A stretch of 64,000 nucleotides of DNA. Origin: Betaproteobacteria bacterium. GTDB lineage: Bacteria; Pseudomonadota; Gammaproteobacteria; Burkholderiales; Rhodocyclaceae. The DNA is taken from NCBI GenBank assembly GCA_009777245.1, contig WRMF01000007.1, positions 7,037 through 71,036 on the forward strand, written 5' to 3'. Under the pieces are notes generated by a model. The model saw only the letters and a program-made list of their open reading frames with translations. It did no database searches and was not told where the DNA came from. Below are positions 23,249 to 32,277 of the stretch, one piece after another (the stretch's first letter is position 1; every line of letters starts with the position of its first letter). Position numbers and translations under genes: made by a program.

Positions 23249-23807
23249 CGGCATTCGCCTGCCAGCATTCGTCGCCGCGCTCTTTGCCGCAGCCATGCCG
23301 TTGTTTTTCTGGCTATGTTACCGGCAAGGCTGGCCTTTGTGGCTGTGCGGCTTTCTGCTGCTGCCGCTGGCATTGCGTCGGCATGGCTATGGAGGTCTGC
23401 TCGCCTGGCTGGGGCCGTGCGCGGCGCTGCTCGGAGTCATGGCGTTGCTGCTGCAATCTTCAGTCTCGCTCCTTTATTACCCGGCGCTGGTCAATGCCTT
23501 GTTTTTACTGGCGTTTGCGACGAGCCTCTTTCAATCGCAAACACTAATCGAGCGACTGGCGCGTCGTCTTGATCCCGAACTGCCGCCGGAGGGAGTTCGC
23601 TACACCCGCAAGGTAACAATCGCCTGGTGCGTGTTCTTTGTCATCAACGGCGGCATTGCCTTGTGGACGACTACTCAAGCCATGTCCGTCTGGGCGCTTT
23701 ATAACGGCCTGATTGCCTATGTGGCAATGGGCATAATGTTCGGCGGCGAATGGCTGATCCGCCGCCGGGTGATGCGCCGTTTATCTTCTACGATACCTAA
23801 TGGATGA
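23217..23807 (+). CDS. Integral membrane protein (ApeG/COG4648-like)
   Basis: About 5 predicted TM helices, in the conserved position between the ACPs and the AMP-ligase in APE-type clusters. The start is uncertain and may lie downstream of 23217. Confidence 0.65.
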   Translation: MQSMPICKTPDGIRLPAFVAALFAAAMPLFFWLCYRQGWPLWLCGFLLLPLALRRHGYGGLLAWLGPCAALLGVMALLLQSSVSLLYYPALVNALFLLAFATSLFQSQTLIERLARRLDPELPPEGVRYTRKVTIAWCVFFVINGGIALWTTTQAMSVWALYNGLIAYVAMGIMFGGEWLIRRRVMRRLSSTIPNG

Positions 23808-25512
23808 CTTGCCCTTGCCGCCTCTGTCGGCTTCACCGGATGCCATAGCGTTTTACCGGAAAAATATGGAGCCGGTGTCCTTCGCCGCGCTGCTTGCCGA
23901 GATCGAAGTTGCCCGTCGGGCGCTGATGCGGCTCGACGCGCCGGAAGTTGTGATATACGATGCCGATGCTTATGCATTTTTCGTATGGCTGATGGCCTGC
24001 TGGCAGAACGGTCAGACAGCTCTGTTGGCCTCTGACGATCTGCCGACTACGCGCGCATTCCTTCCTATGCCTTGGGTTGGCAACAACGAGGGCAGCACGC
24101 TACCCGATTGGTCTGGTAGCGCGACCAATGCCGCCGCATCCTACGGCCCTGCGCCGCAATTCGACCGCCCCGGCCTCGTGTTTTTCACATCCGGTTCCAG
24201 CGGCGCGCCCAGCCGTATATTCAAAACGCCGACGCAAGTGTGCCGGGAAGCGTTGATTCTGCATCAACTGCATGGCGGCCTATTGCTGCCCGGTACACGC
24301 TTTGTCGGCACTGTGCCGCACCAGCACATATTCGGTTTGGGGCATCGGCTGACTTGGCCGTTGTGGGCAGGTTATCCGGTCGTCTCCGAATTGTTCCACT
24401 ATCCCGAAGAATTGGGGCGGCTGGCGGCCTGCCCGCATGTGCTGGTAAGCGGCCCATCCATGCTGAAACGACTGGCGCAACTGGAGGAGTTTTCCTCGCC
24501 GGCGAGTTTTCTTGCGACATTTTCGGCTGGCAGTCCGTTGCATGATGATGTCGCCATCGCCTGTTCATCGAAGCTGTCGTCGCGGATAATCGATGTCTAT
24601 GGCAGTACCGAAATCGGTAGTGTCATGTGCCGCGTTGTCCCGGGCGGCGCATGGCGCGAATATCCGGGCGCTACCCTGGCGCTCGATGAGGACGGCTGCC
24701 TCAAGATACGGACGCCGCTTGCAGACAACGATGACTGGTTCTGCACCCAGGATACCGCCGTGTTCGATGACAACGGTTTGCAATTGACCGGACGCGCTGA
24801 TCGCGTCGCCAAGATCGAAGGGCGGCGAGTGGCGTTGGATGCGCTTGAGGCGGCGCTACTGAAGTTGCCCGAAGTGGCGGAGGCGCGTACCGCGCCGTTG
24901 TGCCGCGAGCGCGACGAGATTGTCGCCGCCGTGGTGTTGAGCGAAGCGGGACGCGCCCAATTACAAGAGGCTGGCAAGGTGCGTTTTGATCGCTGGATAA
25001 GACAGCGCCTGTCGCTATCGTTTGAGCTTATTGCCATACCACGCCGCTGGCGTTATCTGTCGGCGCTGCCTTACAACGCAATGGGCAAACTTACTGTCGC
25101 TTCTATCGTGCAGTTGTTCGAGCGGCAGGCTTTGCCTCCGTTCGCCGTTACTGCCCGGATAGCAGGGGCGGCGCATGAAATGGAGCTTGCCCTGGCGCTA
25201 CGCGATTGTATGCAGGCGTTTGACGGTCATTTCCCGCAAGTGGCGATTCTGCCCGGCGTCACCCAGGTCGACTGGGCATTAAGACTGGCAGAACGGTATT
25301 ACCAAATTGATGGGCGTTTCTCCGGTTTCCGCCAGCTAAAGTTCCAGCGCATTCTGCGCCCTGATGATGAGGTGTCGCTCACGCTTCGCTTTTTCCCCGA
25401 AAAAAAAGAAGTGCGTTTTGCCTATACATCAAAGCATGGCGTACATTCAGAGGGACACGCATTGTTTGCCCACCCGATCATAGCGTCACGAAACCTGTCG
25501 CGCTTGCTTTAA
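23800..25512 (+). CDS. AMP-dependent ligase fused to a hot-dog (ApeI/FabZ-like) domain, copy 1
   Basis: 570 aa. Adenylation motifs FFTSGSSGAPSRIFKT, VYGSTEIG, QDTAVFDDNGLQLTGRADRVAKIEGRRV and YNAMGKLT. The C-terminal roughly 120 aa carry FDGHFPQVAILPGVTQVDWAL, a hot-dog dehydratase-type motif. Confidence 0.85.
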   Translation: MDDLPLPPLSASPDAIAFYRKNMEPVSFAALLAEIEVARRALMRLDAPEVVIYDADAYAFFVWLMACWQNGQTALLASDDLPTTRAFLPMPWVGNNEGSTLPDWSGSATNAAASYGPAPQFDRPGLVFFTSGSSGAPSRIFKTPTQVCREALILHQLHGGLLLPGTRFVGTVPHQHIFGLGHRLTWPLWAGYPVVSELFHYPEELGRLAACPHVLVSGPSMLKRLAQLEEFSSPASFLATFSAGSPLHDDVAIACSSKLSSRIIDVYGSTEIGSVMCRVVPGGAWREYPGATLALDEDGCLKIRTPLADNDDWFCTQDTAVFDDNGLQLTGRADRVAKIEGRRVALDALEAALLKLPEVAEARTAPLCRERDEIVAAVVLSEAGRAQLQEAGKVRFDRWIRQRLSLSFELIAIPRRWRYLSALPYNAMGKLTVASIVQLFERQALPPFAVTARIAGAAHEMELALALRDCMQAFDGHFPQVAILPGVTQVDWALRLAERYYQIDGRFSGFRQLKFQRILRPDDEVSLTLRFFPEKKEVRFAYTSKHGVHSEGHALFAHPIIASRNLSRLL

Positions 25513-25521
25513 TGATACCTA

Positions 25522-27198
25522 ATGGATGACTTGCCCTTGCCGCCTCTGTCGGCTCCGCCGGATGCCATAGCGTTTTACCGGAAAAATATGGAGCCGGTGT
25601 CCTTCGCCGCGCTACGCGCCGATATTGCCGCCGCCCGCAAAGCGTTGATGAGGCTTGACACGCCGGAGGTCGTGCTGTTTGATGCCGATGCTTATCTGTT
25701 TGTCGTTTGGCTGATGGCCTGCTGGCAGAACGGTCAGACTGCCTTGCTGCCGGTTGACGATTTGCCGACTACGCGCGCATTCCTTCCTATGCCCTGGGTT
25801 GGCGGCAACGAGGGCAGCACGCTACCCGATTGGTCTGGTGGCGCGACCGATGCCGCCGCATTCCCGGAATCTTCGCCGCAATTCGACTGCCCCGGAATCG
25901 TGCTTTTCACATCAGGCTCCAGCGGCATGCCCACCCGTATTTTCAAGACGCCGACCCAGTTGTGCCGTGAAGCCATGTTATTGCAACAGGCATTCGGCGA
26001 TGGCCTTCCTTCCGACGCTCGCTTTGTCGGAACCGTGCCGCATCAGCACATGTTCGGCTTGCCGTTCCGGCTGATATGGCCATTGTGGGCAGGTTATCCG
26101 ATCATCGTCGAACAGTTCCACCATCCGGAAGAATTCGGGCGACTGGAAACCTGCCCGCATGTGCTGATCAGCAGTCCGGCCACACTGAAACGATTGGCGC
26201 AACTGGAGGAGTTTTCCTCGCCGGCGAGTTTCCTTGCGACATTTTCGGCTGGCAGTCCGCTGCATGATGATGTCGCCGCCGCTTGCTCCGCAAGGCTGGC
26301 TACGCGGATAGTTGAAATCTACGGCAGTACTGAAGCGGGCAACATCATGCGCCGCATTGCTCCGGGCGGAGTCTGGCGCGAACAGCCGGGCGTCGCGCTA
26401 TCAATCAATGAGGATGGCTGCCTCAAAATACGCTCGCCGCTTTTGCCCAATGATGACTGGTTCCACACCCAGGATACCGCCGCGCGTGATGGCGATGGCT
26501 GGCGGTTGACCGGACGCGCCGACCGCGTCGCCAAGATCGAAGGGCGGCGGGTGTCTCTGGATGCGCTTGAATCGGCGCTGCTTGAGTTGCCGGAAGTGGC
26601 GGAGGCGCGCGCCGCGCCGTTTTATCGCGAGCGCGACGAGATTGTCGCCGCTGTGGTATTGAGCGAAGAGGGACATGCAAAATTACAGGCGCTTGGCAAA
26701 ATGCGTTTTGATCGCCGGATGCGGCGACTCCTGTCGGCATCTTTCGACCGCATTGCATTGCCGCGCCGCTGGCGTTATCTGTCGGCTCTGCCTTACAACG
26801 CAATGGGCAAAATCACTACCGCTTCCATCATGCAACTCTTTGAACGGCAAGCTCTGCCGCCGTTTGTCGTCGCTTCGCGGGCGGCGCATGAAATGGAGCT
26901 TACCCTGACGCTACGCGATTGTACGCAGGCGTTTGCCGGTCATTTCCCGCAAATAGCGATTCTTCCCGGCGTCACCCAGGCCGACTGGGCATTAAGACTG
27001 GCGGAACGGTATTTTCCCATTGCGGGGCGTTTCTCCGGTTTCCGCCAGTTGAAGTTCCAGCGCATTCTCCGCCCTGATGACGAGGTGTCGCTTACGCTTC
27101 GCTTTTCCCCTGAGAAAAACGAAGTGCGTTTTGCCTATGCGTCAAAGCATGGCGCACATTCACAAGGGCAAGCCTTGTTTGCCCATGCCGCCTCATGA
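25522..27198 (+). CDS. AMP-dependent ligase fused to a hot-dog domain, copy 2 (tandem paralog)
   Basis: 558 aa, collinear with copy 1 and about three-quarters identical by eye. It has the same motifs (LFTSGSSGMPTRIFKT, IYGSTEAG, FAGHFPQIAILPGVTQADWAL). Confidence 0.85.
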   Translation: MDDLPLPPLSAPPDAIAFYRKNMEPVSFAALRADIAAARKALMRLDTPEVVLFDADAYLFVVWLMACWQNGQTALLPVDDLPTTRAFLPMPWVGGNEGSTLPDWSGGATDAAAFPESSPQFDCPGIVLFTSGSSGMPTRIFKTPTQLCREAMLLQQAFGDGLPSDARFVGTVPHQHMFGLPFRLIWPLWAGYPIIVEQFHHPEEFGRLETCPHVLISSPATLKRLAQLEEFSSPASFLATFSAGSPLHDDVAAACSARLATRIVEIYGSTEAGNIMRRIAPGGVWREQPGVALSINEDGCLKIRSPLLPNDDWFHTQDTAARDGDGWRLTGRADRVAKIEGRRVSLDALESALLELPEVAEARAAPFYRERDEIVAAVVLSEEGHAKLQALGKMRFDRRMRRLLSASFDRIALPRRWRYLSALPYNAMGKITTASIMQLFERQALPPFVVASRAAHEMELTLTLRDCTQAFAGHFPQIAILPGVTQADWALRLAERYFPIAGRFSGFRQLKFQRILRPDDEVSLTLRFSPEKNEVRFAYASKHGAHSQGQALFAHAAS

Positions 27199-27932
27199 AG
27201 CCCGTCGCGCTCGTGCCGGTGTATAACCATGCCGCCAAGGTTGGCGCTGTGGCGCAGGCGTTGCGCGATCTCATGCTGCCGGTAATTCTTATTGACGACG
27301 GCTCCGACGCGGAATGCGCGGCTGCGCTTGATACTCTGGCTACGGCTCCGACAACCTCATTACTGCGGCTGCATAAGAACAGCGGCAAGGGTAGCGCGGT
27401 CATCATGGGTCTGCGCGAAGCGCACAAAATAGGATATAGCCACGCCTTGCAACTGGACGCCGACGGTCAGCATGACGCAGCAGTATTGCCGATGTTCCTT
27501 GAAGCGATGCTTGAAACTCCGCAGGCGGTTATTGTCGGCTTCCCGCAGTATGACGCGGATGTGCCGACTTCCCGTCTGTTTGGCCGTTATGCGACGCACA
27601 TCTGGGTCTGGATCAATACATTGTCAAGGCGTATCCGTGATTCGATGTGCGGGTTGCGAATTTATCCGCTTGCCGCCACGCTGCCGGTTCTCGATACGAT
27701 GCCGTCCATTAGCCGGATGGAGTTCGACACCGAAATTCTGGTGCGGCTGGATTGGGCTGGCGTGCCGATTCAGAACCTGCCGGTTCCCGTCTCCTATCCC
27801 CAGGATGGCATATCCCATTTTCGTCTTTTGCGTGACAATGCGCGGATCAGTTGGATGCACACTCGCCTGTTTTTCGGCATGTTGCGGCGGCTGCCGATGC
27901 TTCTTGGCCGCCACTTTTCGAGGCATGGCTGA
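27195..27932 (+). CDS. Family 2 glycosyltransferase (ApeJ-like)
   Basis: 245 aa, with VILIDDGSD and LDADGQHD motifs. ATGA overlap with the upstream gene. Confidence 0.85.
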   Translation: MKPVALVPVYNHAAKVGAVAQALRDLMLPVILIDDGSDAECAAALDTLATAPTTSLLRLHKNSGKGSAVIMGLREAHKIGYSHALQLDADGQHDAAVLPMFLEAMLETPQAVIVGFPQYDADVPTSRLFGRYATHIWVWINTLSRRIRDSMCGLRIYPLAATLPVLDTMPSISRMEFDTEILVRLDWAGVPIQNLPVPVSYPQDGISHFRLLRDNARISWMHTRLFFGMLRRLPMLLGRHFSRHG

Positions 27933-28870
27933 TGCACTGGGCAAAAATACAGGAAGCGGGCAGTTTGGCGGGGATGCGTTTTCTGCTCTCTGTCTACCGT
28001 ATTTTCGGGCGCTGGCCGTTTCGTTTTTTTCTGTTCTTCGTTCTCTTGTGGTTTTATGCGCGAAGGCGCGCTGCCCGCGAGGCGTCGCGCGATTATCTGC
28101 GACGACTGCGCGGCTTCAGCAATGGAGCTACGCCGCTGCCGACGCGGCTTAACGTCTTCCGGCATTTTCTGGCGTTTTCCGAAATCGCGCTTGACAAGCT
28201 CCTGGCTGTTGGCGCGGTCAATCCGCCGGAAGATTATCGTTTGGACGGACTCGAACACATTGACTCATTGCTCGCACAAAAGCGCGGGGCTGTTCTTGTC
28301 ACCGCGCATCTTGGCAATACCGACCTGTGCCGCAAGCTGGGGGAGCATTATGTCGACGCGCGCATAACGGTTTTAGCGCACACGAAAAATGCTGTCCGTT
28401 TCAACCGGCTGCTGAAAGAATGCAATTCCGAATACGACGTTGACCTGATTCAGGTGACTGATATTAATATCGGAACCGCCATTCTGCTGGCAGAGCGGGT
28501 CGAATCCGGCGGTTTGATCGTCATTGCCGGTGATCGCGTGCCGGTGGGCGATTCTGCGGCGACTGTGCGGGTTCCGTTCCTGGGGGCTGAGGCAAGTTTT
28601 CCGATCAGCCCCTATGTGCTTGCCGCTGCGCTGCAATGCCCGCTGCTTGCCATTTTCGGCGTTCGCCGCCTTGATGGCTTCGTCGTTATTCTGCGACCGA
28701 TTGCCGAATCGGTTTTGCTGCCGCGCCGCGCCAGAAGCGCGGCTGTCGTGCCATACGCCGCCGCTTTTGCCGAACTCCTGGAAGCGGAGTGCCTGAAAGC
28801 TCCTTTCCAATGGTCGAATTTTTACCAGTTCTGGGCGCTGCCGGAACCCGCCAATAAGGAGAGCAGCTAA
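27932..28870 (+). CDS. LpxL/HtrB-family (lipid A lauroyl-type) acyltransferase
   Basis: I chose MHWAKIQEAG as the start (ATG 27932, overlapping the upstream TGA). It has an N-terminal TM helix and an HX4D motif (TAHLGNTD). The length and profile fit LpxL-like proteins. Confidence 0.78.
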   Translation: MHWAKIQEAGSLAGMRFLLSVYRIFGRWPFRFFLFFVLLWFYARRRAAREASRDYLRRLRGFSNGATPLPTRLNVFRHFLAFSEIALDKLLAVGAVNPPEDYRLDGLEHIDSLLAQKRGAVLVTAHLGNTDLCRKLGEHYVDARITVLAHTKNAVRFNRLLKECNSEYDVDLIQVTDINIGTAILLAERVESGGLIVIAGDRVPVGDSAATVRVPFLGAEASFPISPYVLAAALQCPLLAIFGVRRLDGFVVILRPIAESVLLPRRARSAAVVPYAAAFAELLEAECLKAPFQWSNFYQFWALPEPANKESS

Positions 28871-29280
28871 TGCCGCTTACCGCTCGCATTGACTTGATCG
28901 TGCCGTTTCATGACCTTGACCCTATGGAAATATGCTGGCATGGCAACTATGTCCGCTATTTTGAACTGGCGCGTGTCGCGCTGTTGCAGCGGATAGATTA
29001 CGATTACCCGGAAATGCGCACTTCCGGTTACGCCTGGCCGGTGATCGAATTGTTCATTCGCTACGCGCATCCGCTGACATACCAACAACGCCTGCATATA
29101 GACGCCAGTCTTGTCGAATGGGAAAACCGGCTGAAAATCGCCTACGAAATTCGTGACGCGGCAAGCCAAAAACGGCTTACGCGCGGACATACTGTGCAGG
29201 TTGCCTTCGACATGCGGGCTAATGAAATGTGTTTTGTCAGCCCCGATGTTTTGCTCGAAAAATTGCAAGGTCATATATGA
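28870..29280 (+). CDS. 4HBT/YbgC-type acyl-CoA (acyl-ACP) thioesterase (ApeK-like)
   Basis: 136 aa, hot-dog thioesterase N-terminal pattern IVPFHDLDPMEICWHGNYVRYFELARV. Confidence 0.8.
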   Translation: MPLTARIDLIVPFHDLDPMEICWHGNYVRYFELARVALLQRIDYDYPEMRTSGYAWPVIELFIRYAHPLTYQQRLHIDASLVEWENRLKIAYEIRDAASQKRLTRGHTVQVAFDMRANEMCFVSPDVLLEKLQGHI

Positions 29281-29897
29281 TAATGAAACGAACATTCTTG
29301 CTGTCATGGTTCTGGCTTCTCCTTGCCGCTCCGGCGCTGGCTGCCGACCCGGCCTTGCTGGACGCTGTTCAATCCCGATTGACTGTTGACGCGGTAATTC
29401 GCGGCGAATTCACCCAGACCAGACAACTGGCAGGCATTAAAAAGCCGCTGGTGGCGACTGGCTCGTTCGTTGTTGAAAAAACAAGGGGGGTATTGTGGCG
29501 CGCATTGGCTCCTTTTCCGCAGACGACAAGAATCACCCAGGGCGAAATCCTGCAAAAGGATGGGGAACGTGTGCTGATGGCCTTGCGAGCCGACAGGGAA
29601 CCGGCGGTAAATTCCATCAGCCGCGTCTTGTTTTCGCTGTTCGCCAGTGACATGTCGGCATTGGCTGAATACTTCGATCACGAAGGTCAAACAGTCGGCG
29701 ATACCGGCTGGCAATTGTCTTTTACGCCGCGCGAGGCTGGCTTGAAGACCGTCATAGGTTCGCTGGTTCTGGAAGGCGACGATGTTGTCCGCAAGGTGAT
29801 ACTGACCGGCGCAGCAGGTGACATTACTGTTATTTCCTTCTCCAACATCGCTACTGCCGCCCTGCTGACCGCCGATGAACTCGCCCAATTCGAGTAA
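29277..29897 (+). CDS. LolA-like outer-membrane lipoprotein carrier family protein (ApeL-like)
   Basis: Signal peptide MIMKRTFLLSWFWLLLAAPALA. About 200 aa, LolA-fold size, in the conserved position before the MMPL exporter. Confidence 0.72.
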   Translation: MIMKRTFLLSWFWLLLAAPALAADPALLDAVQSRLTVDAVIRGEFTQTRQLAGIKKPLVATGSFVVEKTRGVLWRALAPFPQTTRITQGEILQKDGERVLMALRADREPAVNSISRVLFSLFASDMSALAEYFDHEGQTVGDTGWQLSFTPREAGLKTVIGSLVLEGDDVVRKVILTGAAGDITVISFSNIATAALLTADELAQFE

Positions 29898-32268
29898 CGA
29901 GCTGCGCTATGCCCGCTGCCATCGCGCGTTGGCCTGGGGTTGGCTCTGCGTTCTGGCATTGCTGGCCGCCATGCTCTTCGCGCATGTTCTACCCTGGCGC
30001 GGGCAGATAGATACCGACCTTCTGGCGCTGCTTCCCGTTGATGAGCGAAACCCGCATGCCGAAGCCGCGCTTAAAACCATGACGCAACGCGGCGAGCGGG
30101 AGTTGGCGTTGCTCCTGGTCGCGCCGGATGCCGCCACAGCGGAGCGAGCCGCCCATCGAGTCCGCGAAGTATTGCATGACGCGCCGCTGATAGCGCAAGC
30201 TCCCCAGGCGCAAATCGAGGCCATGCGCGACCTGTACTTCCCATATCGCGCCGGGTTCATTACCGAGCAGGACATGCGCTGGATTGCAGAAACCAATCAA
30301 GAGGCGCAGGCGGAGCGCGCCTTGTCGCTTGCTTATCAGTTATTTACCGGCAGCGCTTTGAACTGGCGCGATGATCCTTTCGGCTTTTTCGGCAACTGGA
30401 TGATGCGACTGGGAGAGGCCAGTCCGGCGCGACCCTATGGCGATATATTGATGGTACAGAAGGCGGATCGCCATTATGCGGTTTTGCTTTATCAATTGAC
30501 AGACAGCGCGTTTTCGTCAGATCTTCAGACGCGCCTTGCCGCTGATTTGCAGGCTGTCCGAAATGATCTGGCAGAGCGGTTTCCCGATGTGGAAATGCTG
30601 CGGGCGGGCGTCGTTCTCTTTGCGGCAGCGGCGGCGGAGCAGGCTCGTTTTGAAATGTCGCTGATCGGTAGCGGCGCGTTGCTTGGTTGCTTGTTGCTCG
30701 TCTGGGCGATTTTTCGCAATTTCAGGGCATTGCGCCTGATCCTGCTTTCGCTTGCCGCAGGCGCATTGGCGGGAGTGTCGTTGACATGGTTGATATTTGA
30801 CCGCATCCACGCGCTGACATTGGTGTTCGGCGCAAGTCTGATCGGGGTTGCCGTTGACTACGGCGTTCTGACGCTGGCGCAACATCTGGACGGCTCCGGC
30901 GCAAGGGAGCGTTGGCTTCGTTTCCGCCGTCTGTTGCCGCCATTGGCTCTGGTGCTGATTGCGCCTGCGCTGGCCTATCTCGGTTTGTTGCTTATGCCGT
31001 TTCCGGGGTTGCGGCAGATGGCTTGCTTTGCCGTTAGCGGCATCATAGGCGCATGGCTTACGGTCATGCTGTGGTATCCATATTTGCTGCCTTCGTCATT
31101 GCCGACAACGCCCCTTGCCGCACGCTTGATGCAAATGTTGCAACATTGGCCACGCTGGCGGGGAACTCCCGCGCAATGGCTCGTCGCCGCGTTGGCAGCC
31201 ATTGTCATCGGCGCGGGTATGCTGCAACTGAAAACGAATGATGATGTCCGTAGCCTCGTAAATACCGATCCTGAACTGCTGCGCGAACAGGTTGATGTTG
31301 CCGTAGCGCTTGAACTACCAAGCCCGGCGCAGCTTTTTTTGATTACCGCCGCTACTCCAGAAGAAGTGTTGCGGCATGAAGAGGCGTTATTGGCGAAGCT
31401 CTCGCCGTTCTTTGCCGACGGCAAATTGAGCGGATATGACGCAATCAGCCGTTGGCTGCCTTCAGAACAACGGCAACAGGAGGCGCGAGAGGCGCAGCGG
31501 AAATTGACCAATGCCCGCGCCATGCTGGCGGAAGAATTTGAACTTTCCGCCGATTGGGTCGCCGTATCGCATACAGCGTCATTGACGGCGGGTGAATGGC
31601 TGGAAAGTCCGGCGGCGGCTTCATTGCGTTATTTATGGCAGGGCGAGCGCGATGGGCGCTATTCGAGCATCGTTTTGCTGAAAGGATTGCGCGATGCGGA
31701 TACCGCGCGTCAATTAGCGACATTGAGCGGCGCCAATGTTCAATGGGTCGACAAGACCGCTGATGTCTCAATGTTGATGGGACACTACCGAACGTTGTTG
31801 TCGTCGGTGCTGATCGCCGCCTATCTGCTGGTTCCGCTGGTGTTGTTGCCGTTCTTCCGCCGCCGGACATGGCGGGTCATCATGCCTTCGTTGCTGGCGA
31901 CGTTGGGGACATTGGCGATAATGGGACATGTCGGCATTCCCTTGCAGCTTTTGAACGTGCTGACGCTCCTCCTGGTGTTCGGCATGGGCATTGACTACGG
32001 CCTGTTTCTGGTGGCGCAGAAGAGCGATGCCCGCGCCTTTCTCGCCATTTGCGTCGCCGCGTTGCTGACATTGGCGGCATTCGGCCTCTTGGCCGCAAGC
32101 AGCACTCCGGCGTTACGGACGATTGGACTGACCACCGCGCTTGGCATTGGTCTGGCATGGCTATTCACGCCGCTATTTCGCCTGCCGGAGCCGGAAGGGT
32201 CTATACTGTCCGACCTTGATACGCAGGCGAACAGATCGTCATATACTGAATTGAAAGCCACTGATTGA
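29875..32268 (+). CDS. MMPL/RND-superfamily exporter (ApeM-like)
   Basis: 797 aa. Two bundles of about 6 TM helices separated by soluble loops, with repeated GxGIDYG motifs (GVAVDYGVL, GMGIDYGLF). Confidence 0.85.
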   Translation: MNSPNSSNELRYARCHRALAWGWLCVLALLAAMLFAHVLPWRGQIDTDLLALLPVDERNPHAEAALKTMTQRGERELALLLVAPDAATAERAAHRVREVLHDAPLIAQAPQAQIEAMRDLYFPYRAGFITEQDMRWIAETNQEAQAERALSLAYQLFTGSALNWRDDPFGFFGNWMMRLGEASPARPYGDILMVQKADRHYAVLLYQLTDSAFSSDLQTRLAADLQAVRNDLAERFPDVEMLRAGVVLFAAAAAEQARFEMSLIGSGALLGCLLLVWAIFRNFRALRLILLSLAAGALAGVSLTWLIFDRIHALTLVFGASLIGVAVDYGVLTLAQHLDGSGARERWLRFRRLLPPLALVLIAPALAYLGLLLMPFPGLRQMACFAVSGIIGAWLTVMLWYPYLLPSSLPTTPLAARLMQMLQHWPRWRGTPAQWLVAALAAIVIGAGMLQLKTNDDVRSLVNTDPELLREQVDVAVALELPSPAQLFLITAATPEEVLRHEEALLAKLSPFFADGKLSGYDAISRWLPSEQRQQEAREAQRKLTNARAMLAEEFELSADWVAVSHTASLTAGEWLESPAAASLRYLWQGERDGRYSSIVLLKGLRDADTARQLATLSGANVQWVDKTADVSMLMGHYRTLLSSVLIAAYLLVPLVLLPFFRRRTWRVIMPSLLATLGTLAIMGHVGIPLQLLNVLTLLLVFGMGIDYGLFLVAQKSDARAFLAICVAALLTLAAFGLLAASSTPALRTIGLTTALGIGLAWLFTPLFRLPEPEGSILSDLDTQANRSSYTELKATD

Positions 32269-32277
32269 GGATAGAAG

